A program made the position numbers and the translations under genes. From assembly GCA_018303115.1 (NCBI GenBank), contig JAGVYT010000001.1, positions 10,279-74,278 on the forward strand: a DNA stretch of 64,000 nucleotides, in the 5' to 3' direction. This document shows, piece by piece, positions 9,265 through 18,758 of this stretch (its first letter is position 1; each line of letters starts with the position of its first letter). A model generated the notes under the pieces. It was given only the letters and a program-made list of their open reading frames with translations. It searched no databases and was not told the origin of the DNA. Source of the DNA: Candidatus Woesearchaeota archaeon. GTDB taxonomy: Archaea; Nanobdellota; Nanobdellia; Woesearchaeales; UBA10216.

Positions 9265-10486
9265 ATACACCAGGCGCGGCACGTGCAGGCTCTGCAGCTC
9301 AAAAGAGCTTGAACTTGCCTTTCAGCTTGCGCCAACGCCAATAGGAGATGCATACCTTCCAGTGAAGCAAAAACTAGAAAGCTATCCGGTTGAGCTTTTT
9401 TTGTGCAGAAGCTGCGGCCTTGCGCAACTGCTTGATGTTGTTGAGCCTGAAGAAGTATACCGCCCATACATATACAGGACAGCCGACTCACTGGGGCTGG
9501 TGGAACACTTCAGAAAATACGCTGATGAAGTAATGAAAGCCGTGAATCCCAAAAAAGGCGGCTTAGTGGTTGACATAGGCGGCAATGACGGCTCATTCCT
9601 GAAGTTTTTCAGAAATCATGGCATGAAAGTCCTTGGCGTTGACCCTGCAACCAAAATAGCCCGCGAAGCAACTGAATCCGGAATAAAAACACTGCCTGCC
9701 TTCTTCACGCCAGAACTCGCAAGCGAAATAAGGAAAGAGAACGGGAATGCCTCCATCATAACCGCAAACAACACAATGGCAAACATAGACGACCTGCAAG
9801 GCATGATGGACGGGGTAAAAAAGCTTTTAGCCCCTGACGGGGTGTTTGTGTTTGAAACAGGTTATGTGCTTGACCTGCTGCAGAAAAAAATCATTGACAA
9901 CATCTACCACGAGCACATAAGCTATTTCTCAGTAAAACCCCTTGAAAACTTTTTTCGGAATAATAGCCTGGAGCTCATAGACGCAAAGCGGGTGGCGACA
10001 AAAGGAGGCTCATTGAGATGCACAGTGCAGCTTAAAGGAGGTCCAAGGAAGCGCTCACCAGCAGCAGACGAGCTGATTAAGCTTGAGGCAGAAAGCAGAA
10101 TACACAACCACGAAACGTTCAGGGCATTTGCTTCCGAGCTGGAAAACATAAAAAACGAGCTGACTAAGCTGCTAAACGGGTTAAAGGCAAAAGGCAAGCT
10201 CATTGCAGGGTATGGGGCATCAGTAGGGGTAACCACCATACTGCATAATTTCGGACTAAACAAAAACCTGATAAGCTTCCTTGTTGATGACAACCCAAAC
10301 AGACAAAACTTATATAGCCCGGGCTTAAACATCCCAGTATTGAACCCAAAAGCGTTATACGAGAAAAAGCCGGACTACGTGGTCATCCTGGCCTGGCAAT
10401 ACGCAAAACCAATATTGGACAAGAACAAGGCTTATCTTAAACATGGGCGTTTCATAAACATAATCCCGAAAGTAGAGGTGGCATAA
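9257..10486 (+). CDS. sugar C-methyltransferase paralogue (TylCIII-like), no cupin
   Basis: Same architecture as the upstream gene: Zn-ribbon CRLCSS...CRSCG, MTase core VVDIGGNDGSF, C-terminal C-MT domain. 8-nt overlap with upstream gene. Confidence 0.65.
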   Translation: MGKYTRRGTCRLCSSKELELAFQLAPTPIGDAYLPVKQKLESYPVELFLCRSCGLAQLLDVVEPEEVYRPYIYRTADSLGLVEHFRKYADEVMKAVNPKKGGLVVDIGGNDGSFLKFFRNHGMKVLGVDPATKIAREATESGIKTLPAFFTPELASEIRKENGNASIITANNTMANIDDLQGMMDGVKKLLAPDGVFVFETGYVLDLLQKKIIDNIYHEHISYFSVKPLENFFRNNSLELIDAKRVATKGGSLRCTVQLKGGPRKRSPAADELIKLEAESRIHNHETFRAFASELENIKNELTKLLNGLKAKGKLIAGYGASVGVTTILHNFGLNKNLISFLVDDNPNRQNLYSPGLNIPVLNPKALYEKKPDYVVILAWQYAKPILDKNKAYLKHGRFINIIPKVEVA

Positions 10487-10487
10487 G

Positions 10488-11573
10488 ATGGGCAACAAAA
10501 TCAGCTGGTTCAGGAATTCATTCGGCGAGGAAGAGCTGAAAAAGCTGGGCGAGTCTGTAGCCCAAGAGCACATAAGCCTTGGCCCTGTCACAGCAGAGCT
10601 TGAAGCACAGTTTGCAAAGGAACTGAACATCCCTTACGCAGTGGCTGTGCCAAGCGGCAGCGTCGCACTCCTCATCTCCCTAATTGCATGCGGAATCTCG
10701 CCTGAGGATGAGGTCATCATGCCGAACCGAAGCTGGATTGCCACGGCAAACGCCCCGATTATCCTCGGAGCAAAAGCTGTCCTCGTGGATGTGCAGGAAG
10801 ACCTGCCACTAATCGACGCATCGCAAATCAGGGAAAAAATCACCCCAAAAACCAAGGCAATAATACCTGTGCACCTGAACGGCAGAAGCTCGGACATGGA
10901 AGCCATCAACAAAATAGCAAAAGAACACAGCCTGTTTGTAATAGAAGACGCATGCCAGGCAATGTTTTCAAAAAATTCCTCCGGATTCCTGGGGACACAG
11001 TCTGACATGGGATGCTATTCCCTTGGGGTAACAAAGCTTATCTCAACAGGCCAGGGAGGGATGATTGTAACAAGGAACAAAGAGCTTTACGAAAAACTAA
11101 AACTAATCCGCAACAACGGAACACCAGACCATTTCATCCCGGAATACACCACAGTAGGACTAAACTTTAAGTTCACAGACATGCTCGCTTCAATCGGCCT
11201 TGTGCACCTGTCACAATTAAAGGAAAGACTAAAGCACGTCAATAAGGTGTATGAAAAATATGCAGAGGCGCTCAAGGAAATGCCATACCTCAAAATGATT
11301 CCAGTAAACGTAAAACAGGGAGAGGTGCCAATCTATGTTGAAGTCCTGTGCGAGAAACGCGATGAGCTAATCAGTTTCCTCGCTTCAGAAGGCATTGAAA
11401 CCAGGCCATTCCTCCCAAACCTTGAAATGGCGCCTTACATTGAAAGCGGATATTTCCCAAACTCAAAGATTTTCGAGGAACAGGGCCTGTTCCTTCCTTC
11501 CGGCCCCTCACAGCCACTTGAGAATGTTGACAAGGTGATAGAAGCGTTAAAGCAGTTCGGGAGAGAATTATGA
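10488..11573 (+). CDS. DegT/DnrJ/EryC1/StrS-family PLP-dependent sugar aminotransferase
   Basis: Fold-type I sugar aminotransferase pattern with the lysine-containing GVTKLISTGQGG motif and IIPVHLNG block. Confidence 0.8.
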   Translation: MGNKISWFRNSFGEEELKKLGESVAQEHISLGPVTAELEAQFAKELNIPYAVAVPSGSVALLISLIACGISPEDEVIMPNRSWIATANAPIILGAKAVLVDVQEDLPLIDASQIREKITPKTKAIIPVHLNGRSSDMEAINKIAKEHSLFVIEDACQAMFSKNSSGFLGTQSDMGCYSLGVTKLISTGQGGMIVTRNKELYEKLKLIRNNGTPDHFIPEYTTVGLNFKFTDMLASIGLVHLSQLKERLKHVNKVYEKYAEALKEMPYLKMIPVNVKQGEVPIYVEVLCEKRDELISFLASEGIETRPFLPNLEMAPYIESGYFPNSKIFEEQGLFLPSGPSQPLENVDKVIEALKQFGREL

Positions 11574-12520
11574 AATTCATAGTCTTGGGAACAACAGAAT
11601 TCACGCTAAGATGCGCCCAGGCCCTTCTGGACAGCGGGGCTGAATTGCGCCTTCTTGTCTCAATGCCTGAACGCTCACGCCCAATCAATTCAGCAGACGT
11701 TTCGGGTTTTGCGCAATCCCATAAAATCCTCTACCATGAAACGGAAGACATAAACTCGCCCGAATCCTTATCTGCAATAAAGAAACAACAGGCAGATTAC
11801 ATCCTGGCATCCTGGCCAGCCATAATAAAAAGGGAAGTTCTAGGGGCAGCAAGGATGTGCATAGGCTCGCACCCTACAGACCTGCCGCACAACAGGGGCA
11901 GGCACCCCTTGCACTGGCTGATAACGCTAGGATTCAAGGAGTCAAAACTAAGCTTTTTCAGAATGAATGAAGGCATAGACTCGGGAAACATACTGCTTAA
12001 GATTCCATTCAGGATTGGCAAAAAGGACTCCATCATGGAGGTTGTTGCAGAACTGAACGATGCAGCATACAAGGGAACAAAGGGGCTTTACAGGCTGCTA
12101 AAGCGGTCAGTGCCCGAAGGAACAGAACAGGAGCATAAAGAAGCCAATTACTGGAGGAAAAGAAGCGTGCATGACGTGATTCTGGACTTAAGAATGCCAT
12201 CAGACACGATAATCAGGACTGTAAGGTCGTTTTCAACGCCATACCCATGCGCCAAGCTTATCTTTGAAGACAGCATCATTGCAGTATCAAAGGCAGAAGT
12301 TGCGCAAACACCGCTTTCTAAAGAGGAAATAATGAGGACAGAACCTGGAAAAATCATCAGCGCTGAAGGAAAAAGAATGCTGGTTAAAGCAGAAGACAAA
12401 ATCATGCTTTTAGAAACTGACGGGCTTCCACAGAAGATATTAGAGGCAAAATACATCCACCCCCCGTCAAAATACATTGCCGGATGGTCGCAGAATCAGC
12501 TCAAAAGACTAGAAAACTAG
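11570..12520 (+). CDS. sugar N-formyltransferase (formyl_trans_N family, QdtF/FdtF/ArnA-N-like)
   Basis: SHPTDLPHNRGRHPLHW matches the formyltransferase HxSLLPxxRG-type catalytic motif. 4-nt overlap with the aminotransferase gene. Confidence 0.7.
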   Translation: MKFIVLGTTEFTLRCAQALLDSGAELRLLVSMPERSRPINSADVSGFAQSHKILYHETEDINSPESLSAIKKQQADYILASWPAIIKREVLGAARMCIGSHPTDLPHNRGRHPLHWLITLGFKESKLSFFRMNEGIDSGNILLKIPFRIGKKDSIMEVVAELNDAAYKGTKGLYRLLKRSVPEGTEQEHKEANYWRKRSVHDVILDLRMPSDTIIRTVRSFSTPYPCAKLIFEDSIIAVSKAEVAQTPLSKEEIMRTEPGKIISAEGKRMLVKAEDKIMLLETDGLPQKILEAKYIHPPSKYIAGWSQNQLKRLEN

Positions 12521-12584
12521 AAGCACTAAGCCAGTATCTCCGAAAGCAGCTGTTCGCTGGCTGCGCCCAAGCTGCTTGCTTTGT

Positions 12585-12626
12585 TTAGCTTCTCTCCACT
12601 TAACTTGCGTAGGGGAGAGAAGCTAA
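12585..12626 (+). repeat. hairpin family member a (13-bp perfect stem TTAGCTTCTCTCC/GGAGAGAAGCTAA, loop ACTTAACTTGCGTAGG)
   Basis: Read directly. Lies between convergent gene ends. An additional 8-bp hairpin AAGCAGCT/AGCTGCTT at 12544-12577. Confidence 0.7.
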
Positions 12627-12737
12627 GTTAGGAGAACCTCAGCCAGCAAATGGGCACTTGAAAAGTTTACTTAACACAAGGGGAAAGAAGAAAAAGCAGA
12701 AAGAACAACAGTCATCACATAACTTCACTTTACCAAA

Positions 12738-13766
12738 TCAGCACATCTTGATTACGCATCTAATAACCCTGCCTTCGCGAAGTTCCTGTATTGCGGCATT
12801 AATCTCACCCAGACTGCATACCTTTGTCACCATCTTTTCAAGGCTAAACCTGCCAGACTCCTGCAGCCTCAGCAGCCTTGGTATGTCATACGCTGGATTG
12901 CTGTCCCCGCCGTGAGAACCGGTTATCTTCTTTTTGAAGTGCAACTTAAATGAATCTATGCACATCTTTTCCCCCGCTTTTGGAACGCCAACAAGAATTG
13001 TGCGCCCCTCCCTGCCGCTGACTTCGTAAGCAAGCTCCCTGATTTCCTTAATCCCAGTCGTATCAACGGCAACGTCGGCATCAGAGGAAAGATACTCGCT
13101 GATTTTCTGCCTTGCGTCTTCCCTTGAAGAATTAATGACATGCGTAGCGCCAAACCGTCTGGCATTTTCCAACTTAAAATCATTAATGTCAACCGCAATT
13201 ACCGGGTATGCTGAAGCCAAAGAGGAGGCAAGAATGATTGATGTCCCGGTGCCGCCTGCCCCAAAAACAACCAAGGACTCCCCGCTTTTCACGCCAGCAT
13301 CGTTCTGAACCACCCCAAAACCAGTAGTAACTGCACAGCCGTAAAGGGAAGCCAGCTTCATGTCAAAACTTTTTGGAATAGGGGTTATGCGATTTTCCGA
13401 AACGACAGCAGACTCATTAAAAGTAGTAACCCAGCCTGCATTAACCGTCCTGCCGCCAAGCTTATACACAGGGGTGGAAGACTCGACCCCCTTTCCTTTC
13501 CTCCAGTGCAAGACCACATGGTCGCCTTCCTTTACATTGGTGACGCCAGGGCCAACGCCTTCCACAACCCCGCTTCCCTCGTGCCCAAGAAGATGCGGCA
13601 GGAACCTATCAGGGCCCTTAACGCCTTCAATCTCATTAATCTGCGAGCCGCACAGCCCGCTGTAGTGCACCTTAACAAGAACCTGGCCGTAATGAAGAAC
13701 CTCAGGAATTTGAACTTCATCAACCACCAGAGGGGATTTCTGCTTCACTAAAATAGCCGCTTTCAT
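12738..13766 (-). CDS. zinc-dependent alcohol dehydrogenase (MDR family)
   Basis: GHEGSGVVEGVG and CGSQ zinc-ligand motifs, GAGGTG nucleotide-binding motif. Confidence 0.8.
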   Translation of the reverse strand: MKAAILVKQKSPLVVDEVQIPEVLHYGQVLVKVHYSGLCGSQINEIEGVKGPDRFLPHLLGHEGSGVVEGVGPGVTNVKEGDHVVLHWRKGKGVESSTPVYKLGGRTVNAGWVTTFNESAVVSENRITPIPKSFDMKLASLYGCAVTTGFGVVQNDAGVKSGESLVVFGAGGTGTSIILASSLASAYPVIAVDINDFKLENARRFGATHVINSSREDARQKISEYLSSDADVAVDTTGIKEIRELAYEVSGREGRTILVGVPKAGEKMCIDSFKLHFKKKITGSHGGDSNPAYDIPRLLRLQESGRFSLEKMVTKVCSLGEINAAIQELREGRVIRCVIKMC

Positions 13767-13879
13767 ATTTTACTCCAAACTCCTTAACATTTGGCAAAGC
13801 AGGCAGTTTAAAAAATTTTTGCAACATCAGTAAGCGACAAAAATAAGTCGCAGCATTGCCTTCACACGCCAAGGAAAAA

Positions 13880-13887
13880 TTTAAATA
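13880..13887 (+). promoter_or_regulatory. archaeal TATA box (TTTAAATA) 23 nt upstream of ATG 13911; leaderless-type promoter
   Basis: Same octamer and spacing recur at 20275-20282 (ATG 20305), 29812-29819 (ATG 29843) and 51957-51964 (ATG 51989). Variants occur at 17688-17695, 22685-22692 and 55695-55702. Confidence 0.55.
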
Positions 13888-13910
13888 GACTCTTCTTCCG
13901 CCAAAGAAAA

Positions 13911-14900
13911 ATGGGCAAGATTGTTGTAATCGGGAGCAATTCCTTTGCAGGCTCACATTTTATAGACTACCTTTTGTCAAACACGGACAGCTCCATCATA
14001 GGCATAAGCAGAAGGGATGAGAAAAAAGACGTATTTCTCCCGTATAAGAAAAACAGGAACCTTGAGCGGTTCAGGTTCCAAAGGTTCGACCTTAACAAGA
14101 ACATGGCTGAGCTTCTGAAATTCCTGGACGATGAAAAGCCGGAGGTAATTGTCAACTATGCCGCGCAAAGCGAAGTGGCGCCAAGTTGGGAAAACCCGCT
14201 TAACTGGTATGACACAAATGTTTCGGCTGTTGTAAAGCTGACTAACCATTTGAAAGGCCAGAAATACCTGAAGAATTACGTGCATGTCTCATCACCTGAA
14301 ATATACGGAACATGCTACATGGAAGTTTACGAGGACCACTCATACAACCCCAGCACCCCTTACGCCGCTTCAAAGGCAGCCGGGGACATGTTCATACAGC
14401 TGCTTGCCAAAAACTTCAATTTCCCTGCTATTATTGTCAGGCCGACAAACTATTACGGTCCATGCCAGCAGCTTTTCAAGATAATACCAAAGTCAATAAT
14501 ATACCTCAAGAAAGGCGAAAAGATTCCTCTTCACGGGGGAGGCAGGGCAGTAAAATCATTCATTCACATAAGAGACGTGTGCGACGGCATGCTTAAAATA
14601 GTGGAAAAGGGGAAAGCAGGAGAGATTTACCACCTCTCCCAATCTTCAGGCTACTCTGTCAGGAAGATAGTAGAAAAAATCTGCAGTAAAATGGGGAAAA
14701 AATTCAATGAAGCAACTGACATCGTTGAAGAGCGGCTTGGCCAGGATGCATCCTACATAATAAGTTCCTACAAAGCAAGAAAGCTGAACTGGGAGCCCAA
14801 AATAGGAATAGACGAGGGCCTTGCAGAATGCATCAAATGGGTGGAAGACAACTGGAGCGAAATAAAAACTGAACCCCTCAAATACATACACGAGGCGTGA
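13911..14900 (+). CDS. NDP-hexose 4,6-dehydratase (RmlB-like SDR)
   Basis: GSNSFAGSHF Rossmann motif, YAASKAAGD (YxxxK). TTTAAATA box at 13880-13887, 23 nt upstream of the ATG. Confidence 0.7.
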   Translation: MGKIVVIGSNSFAGSHFIDYLLSNTDSSIIGISRRDEKKDVFLPYKKNRNLERFRFQRFDLNKNMAELLKFLDDEKPEVIVNYAAQSEVAPSWENPLNWYDTNVSAVVKLTNHLKGQKYLKNYVHVSSPEIYGTCYMEVYEDHSYNPSTPYAASKAAGDMFIQLLAKNFNFPAIIVRPTNYYGPCQQLFKIIPKSIIYLKKGEKIPLHGGGRAVKSFIHIRDVCDGMLKIVEKGKAGEIYHLSQSSGYSVRKIVEKICSKMGKKFNEATDIVEERLGQDASYIISSYKARKLNWEPKIGIDEGLAECIKWVEDNWSEIKTEPLKYIHEA

Positions 14901-16114
14901 TAAAAATACCTGCAAAGAAGGAAATAACACAGCACTGGTATTTCGAGAAAAAGGGAATCATTTCACAACACCGCAACCTAAAATCGCAAAGCGACCTTGA
15001 TTCCTACGAGCAGGAAAGAAGAGACCTGTTTACAGATAAGCTTGCGCTGCCGCCAAGCGCCTTTACCAACTCGCAATTGCTTGAGTTCGGGCCTTCTGCA
15101 GGGGAAAACGCCATTGTGTTTGCAATGTGGGGGGCTTCATGCACGCTTGTTGAGCCAAACCTCAAAGCACACCCCTGCATCAAAAAATATTTCGAGCAGT
15201 TCAAACTTGCACAAAAGCTTGTCGAAGTAGACGGCTCAACACTGGAAAGCTACTCCAAACGCCAAATACCTGACAAGAAATTTGACTTCATAGTTGCCGA
15301 AGGATTCATCTACCTAGTGAAGCCAGACCCCATGTGGATTGGCTTCTTTTCCAGAATCATAAAGAACAACGGGTTTGTCATCCTGAACTACTGCGAGACA
15401 TTCGGCAACTTTCAGGAGCTGTTCCTGAAAGCAATTCACAGCAGAATGTGCAAACTCACAGGGATGGGCTCTGTGGAAGCTGCGGGGAAATGGTTTGGAG
15501 CCAAGTGGAATTCCATACCGCACACCACAACAATGGAGTCCTGGGTGGCTGACGTTTTAGACAACCCAACTGTCCGGCTAGCGCGATTTTACGAACTGAA
15601 AGAGCTGTGCACAAACCTCTGCAACTCTGGATTTTACCTATACTCTTCCTGGCCACCGTATAAGAACAGCCTTGAGGTGTATTGGGCCAAGAAAATGCCA
15701 AAACCAAAAGAGCAGCTTGAATCACAGAACGAATTTATCGAAAGAAGCAGGCTTAGCCACATGTTCGGCAGGAAGCATTTCCTTCTAAAGACTGGCCCAG
15801 AAATGGAACCCTCCATTAAAGAGCTTCTTACCCTCACAGACAGCCTGATAGACGAATTTGACAGGGACAAGGCAGAGAAATGCATCGAGCACCTTGGCAG
15901 CATAGAGAGGCTCATAGGCTCGGACGCAGTAATTTCAGAGCCCAAAGACGTTAAAGAAACGCTTAACGCGATTAAAAGCATAAAGCACATCCTTAACCTG
16001 CTTATTGCAGGAAACGCAGACGACATAGCAGCATTCTGCAGCAGCGACAAGGCATTCATCAAAAGCTGGGGAATGCCCACGCATTACGCTGTCTTCAGAA
16101 AAGGAAGCGAATAG
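14897..16114 (+). CDS. hypothetical protein with N-terminal class I methyltransferase-like domain
   Basis: LEFGPSAGENAI (GxG), FDFIVAEGF and NNGFVIL resemble MTase motifs I-III. C-terminal ~200 aa helical and unassigned. ATGA overlap upstream. Confidence 0.35.
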   Translation: MIKIPAKKEITQHWYFEKKGIISQHRNLKSQSDLDSYEQERRDLFTDKLALPPSAFTNSQLLEFGPSAGENAIVFAMWGASCTLVEPNLKAHPCIKKYFEQFKLAQKLVEVDGSTLESYSKRQIPDKKFDFIVAEGFIYLVKPDPMWIGFFSRIIKNNGFVILNYCETFGNFQELFLKAIHSRMCKLTGMGSVEAAGKWFGAKWNSIPHTTTMESWVADVLDNPTVRLARFYELKELCTNLCNSGFYLYSSWPPYKNSLEVYWAKKMPKPKEQLESQNEFIERSRLSHMFGRKHFLLKTGPEMEPSIKELLTLTDSLIDEFDRDKAEKCIEHLGSIERLIGSDAVISEPKDVKETLNAIKSIKHILNLLIAGNADDIAAFCSSDKAFIKSWGMPTHYAVFRKGSE

Positions 16115-16805
16115 ACTTCAAGCGCACCCTGAAGAACAGCCTAAAAACCGTGCTTACGATTCCAAAAACATTCCTGAGGCGCAGGGCAGTAGTTGAGCTG
16201 GTTTCCTGCAGCGCCATAATTGGAACTTCCTTTACAGAATGCCCCGCCTTCACGAGCCGTATAAGAATCTCAGGATAAACCCCGAAGCTGCTGGTTGTGA
16301 TGCTCACTTTCCCAACAAGGCTTTTTTCATACATCTGCATGCCAAAATAATACTTCAGGCGAAGTCCGAACAAAAGGTTCAGGAAAGCGGAAACAACAGC
16401 GGAAATGACCCGGCGGTGAAGAAGCCTGACCTTCTTGTTTCCGCTGTAGGAAATAACAACATCCGCCTGACCAATCTTGCCCATGTAATTCTCAAGAGAA
16501 TCCGGGGTCAGGCTGTCAGGGCCTGGAAGCAGCATCACGTATTCCTTGGAAGCGTGCCTAATGCCAAGAGCGTAGCTGTAACCAACATTCATGTTCCTCC
16601 TGTTATGAAACACCCTTATCCTGGAATTCCTTTTTGCAAGCCTGTCAACAATTTCCCCTGTCCTGTCACTGCTCCCGTCCTCAAAAATAAGCAGCTCGTA
16701 ATCTGAAAACAGCTTAGCGGCAATTCTACTGACACCCCTTACAGAAGATGCAATAGTCTGCTCATCGTTATACGCCGGTATTATGATGCTGACTGACTTT
16801 TTCAT
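16095..16805 (-). CDS. GT2 glycosyltransferase (ArnC/DPM1-like polyprenol-phosphate sugar transferase candidate)
   Basis: SIIIPAYNDEQTI and the FEDGSSD (DxD-type) motif. Start at internal MKKSVSIII. Confidence 0.7.
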   Translation of the reverse strand: MKKSVSIIIPAYNDEQTIASSVRGVSRIAAKLFSDYELLIFEDGSSDRTGEIVDRLAKRNSRIRVFHNRRNMNVGYSYALGIRHASKEYVMLLPGPDSLTPDSLENYMGKIGQADVVISYSGNKKVRLLHRRVISAVVSAFLNLLFGLRLKYYFGMQMYEKSLVGKVSITTSSFGVYPEILIRLVKAGHSVKEVPIMALQETSSTTALRLRNVFGIVSTVFRLFFRVRLKSIRFLF

Positions 16806-17182
16806 GCCCACACCGCGGAGTAGCCCATCATTGCCACCCCAAACACTATGGCGGCTATCCCAAGCCACTTATACTTATTCATGCGCTCCCCCAAAAACCT
16901 CACCGACAGCAGCGAAACCCAAACAAAAGTCAAGGCATTTGTGGGAAAGACAACCGCCAGGTCCGCATTTTTTAACGCCCACAAGTAAAAGGGCATAGGC
17001 AGCAGGTAAAAAAAGACGCCAAGCATAAGCTTATAGTTACGCAGCTGCTCAGCAACGCTAAAAGAAAACTTCACCGAGCCAAGCTTAAAAAACAGGGCAC
17101 CAAAAGCCACTGAAACCGTCAAAACCGCCACAATGCCAACTACAACGATTGTCTCAACCATGTTCAGCACCATAACCAACAA
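16802..17182 (-). CDS. small EamA/SMR-like 4-TM protein (ArnE/ArnF-like flippase subunit candidate)
   Basis: 126 aa, four hydrophobic helices, 4-nt overlap with the GT2 gene. Confidence 0.55.
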   Translation of the reverse strand: MLVMVLNMVETIVVVGIVAVLTVSVAFGALFFKLGSVKFSFSVAEQLRNYKLMLGVFFYLLPMPFYLWALKNADLAVVFPTNALTFVWVSLLSVRFLGERMNKYKWLGIAAIVFGVAMMGYSAVWA

Positions 17183-17513
17183 GGCTTATCCCCGCAGCAA
17201 TAAAAAATATGCCAAGCCAGTTAATCAAAAGCAGCACTTCATTCAAAACAAACAGGGCTACCAAAGCCACCCATACGTAACTTAATGCAAAAAAAGGGTA
17301 TGCGACAGACAATTCCGCCTTTTTAAGAGCAAAAAGCACAAGCATAGCCCCAAGGGCGTAAAAAAACAGTCCAAGAAATATGTTATAGTTGGTTATTATG
17401 GCCTGCACATTCAGCTCAAGAGCGGCTGCCCCTGTCTTATAGAAGTATTGGGCTGCTACAGAAAATACGGTAAAAATAACAATAAGCAAAATTGCTGCAG
17501 GACTGGTTTTCAT
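17154..17513 (-). CDS. small EamA/SMR-like 4-TM protein, second subunit
   Basis: ~120 aa from MKTSPAAILLIV, four TM helices, overlaps the partner gene. The longer ORF-caller start includes a non-TM extension that overlaps hairpin element e. Confidence 0.5.
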   Translation of the reverse strand: MKTSPAAILLIVIFTVFSVAAQYFYKTGAAALELNVQAIITNYNIFLGLFFYALGAMLVLFALKKAELSVAYPFFALSYVWVALVALFVLNEVLLLINWLGIFFIAAGISLVGYGAEHG

Positions 17514-17578
17514 CAAAAAGCGGAAACGCGACATGTTTTTAAAGATTTGCGTTGACTGGTTCCAAATCTGAACATATT

Positions 17579-17622
17579 CCACTTTCCTCACCCTAATCCA
17601 GTTAAGGGGGAGGAAAGTGAGG
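17579..17622 (+). repeat. hairpin family member e (stem CCACTTTCCTCACCC/GGGGGAGGAAAGTGAGG with one mismatch, loop TAATCCAGTTAA)
   Basis: Read directly, in divergent region between EamA gene (-) and pfkB kinase gene (+). Confidence 0.65.
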
Positions 17623-17717
17623 AAGCAGCAGGGCAAAGCAAATTGCATCGCAAGCTAACTTTTCAATAGCGCCAGAGAAGGATTAAATTTAAAAAGTAAC
17701 AGGGAATCGTTCTAAAC

Positions 17718-18758
17718 ATGGAAGAATCGTATATTGAGGGAATTAAAAGAAAGTATTCTATTGAAAAGCTGAAGGAAGCGCTGTCACAATTTAAAAGAAT
17801 AAAAATCCTCGTGATAGGCGACACCATAATTGATGAATACCATTTTACACGCCCGAAAGGCAGGGCAACCAAAGACCCGATTCTTTCAGTTGACTATGTC
17901 AACCATGAGGTTTACGGAGGGGGCATACTGGCTGTTGCAAATCATGTAAGCAATTTTGCAGATGAAGTAACATGCATTACGGCAATTGGAGACAGGAACG
18001 ACCGGAAAGACTTCATCACCGGCGCCCTCAACAAAAACGTAGACTTGAAACTTCTCGTAAAAAAGGACTCGCCAACTACAATAAAAAAGAGGTATTTGGA
18101 CAACATAAGGAATGAAAAACTGTTCAAGGTAGAGTTCATTAACGAAGCCCCAATTGATGAAGAAACTGAAAAAAAGCTTATTGGATTCCTAGAGCAGGAG
18201 CTGCCTAAAAACGACTTGGTCCTCCTTGGAGACTTCGGGCACGGCTTAATAACTGAAAAGGTCATAAAGCTACTGGAAGAAAAGTCAAAATACCTGGCAG
18301 TAAATGCGCAATGCAACAGCGCAAACCTCGGCTTTAATTTTGTAACCAAGTATAGCAAACCAAAATACATAACCATGGACATTACCGAACTGCAGTATGC
18401 TGTTTCGGACCGCTTCAGCACAGTGGATGTCCTGATGAAAAAGCTCAGGGACAAAACAGGCTTCAGCAATTTCCTGGTAACAATGGGAAAGGAAGGCGCA
18501 GGATACTTCAACAACAACAACATTAGATTCAGCCCTGCCTTTGTCACAAGGCCAAAGGACACAGTAGGGGCAGGGGACGCCGTCTTCAGCGTCACTTCCC
18601 TTTTTTCCTGCCTTGGAATGAAAGAGCTAATCCCGTTCATAGCAAACTGCGCAGGCGGCATTGCAGTGTCGTACCTCGGTAACAAGGAGAGCATAAATAA
18701 AGAGAAACTTCTGGAGTTCATCAGCCAGGCATACAATGGCGAGATTAAAGCAGTGTAG
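17718..18758 (+). CDS. pfkB-family sugar kinase, HldE kinase-domain-like (heptose 7-phosphate kinase candidate)
   Basis: ILVIGDTIIDEY N-terminal motif and GAGDAV near the C-terminus as in RfaE/HldE domain I. TTTAAAAA box 22 nt upstream. Confidence 0.65.
   Translation: MEESYIEGIKRKYSIEKLKEALSQFKRIKILVIGDTIIDEYHFTRPKGRATKDPILSVDYVNHEVYGGGILAVANHVSNFADEVTCITAIGDRNDRKDFITGALNKNVDLKLLVKKDSPTTIKKRYLDNIRNEKLFKVEFINEAPIDEETEKKLIGFLEQELPKNDLVLLGDFGHGLITEKVIKLLEEKSKYLAVNAQCNSANLGFNFVTKYSKPKYITMDITELQYAVSDRFSTVDVLMKKLRDKTGFSNFLVTMGKEGAGYFNNNNIRFSPAFVTRPKDTVGAGDAVFSVTSLFSCLGMKELIPFIANCAGGIAVSYLGNKESINKEKLLEFISQAYNGEIKAV

Noticed and set aside
15004-16080. Antisense ORFs of 66-148 aa opposite the 14897-16114 gene, and similar antisense ORFs opposite gyrA, carB and the GT genes
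   Set aside because: They overlap longer sense ORFs with recognisable domains. No independent signals.
17534-17648. Long N-terminal extension of the second EamA-like gene in the ORF track
   Set aside because: The extension is non-TM, overlaps hairpin member e and the divergent promoter. The start was moved to MKTSP (17513).
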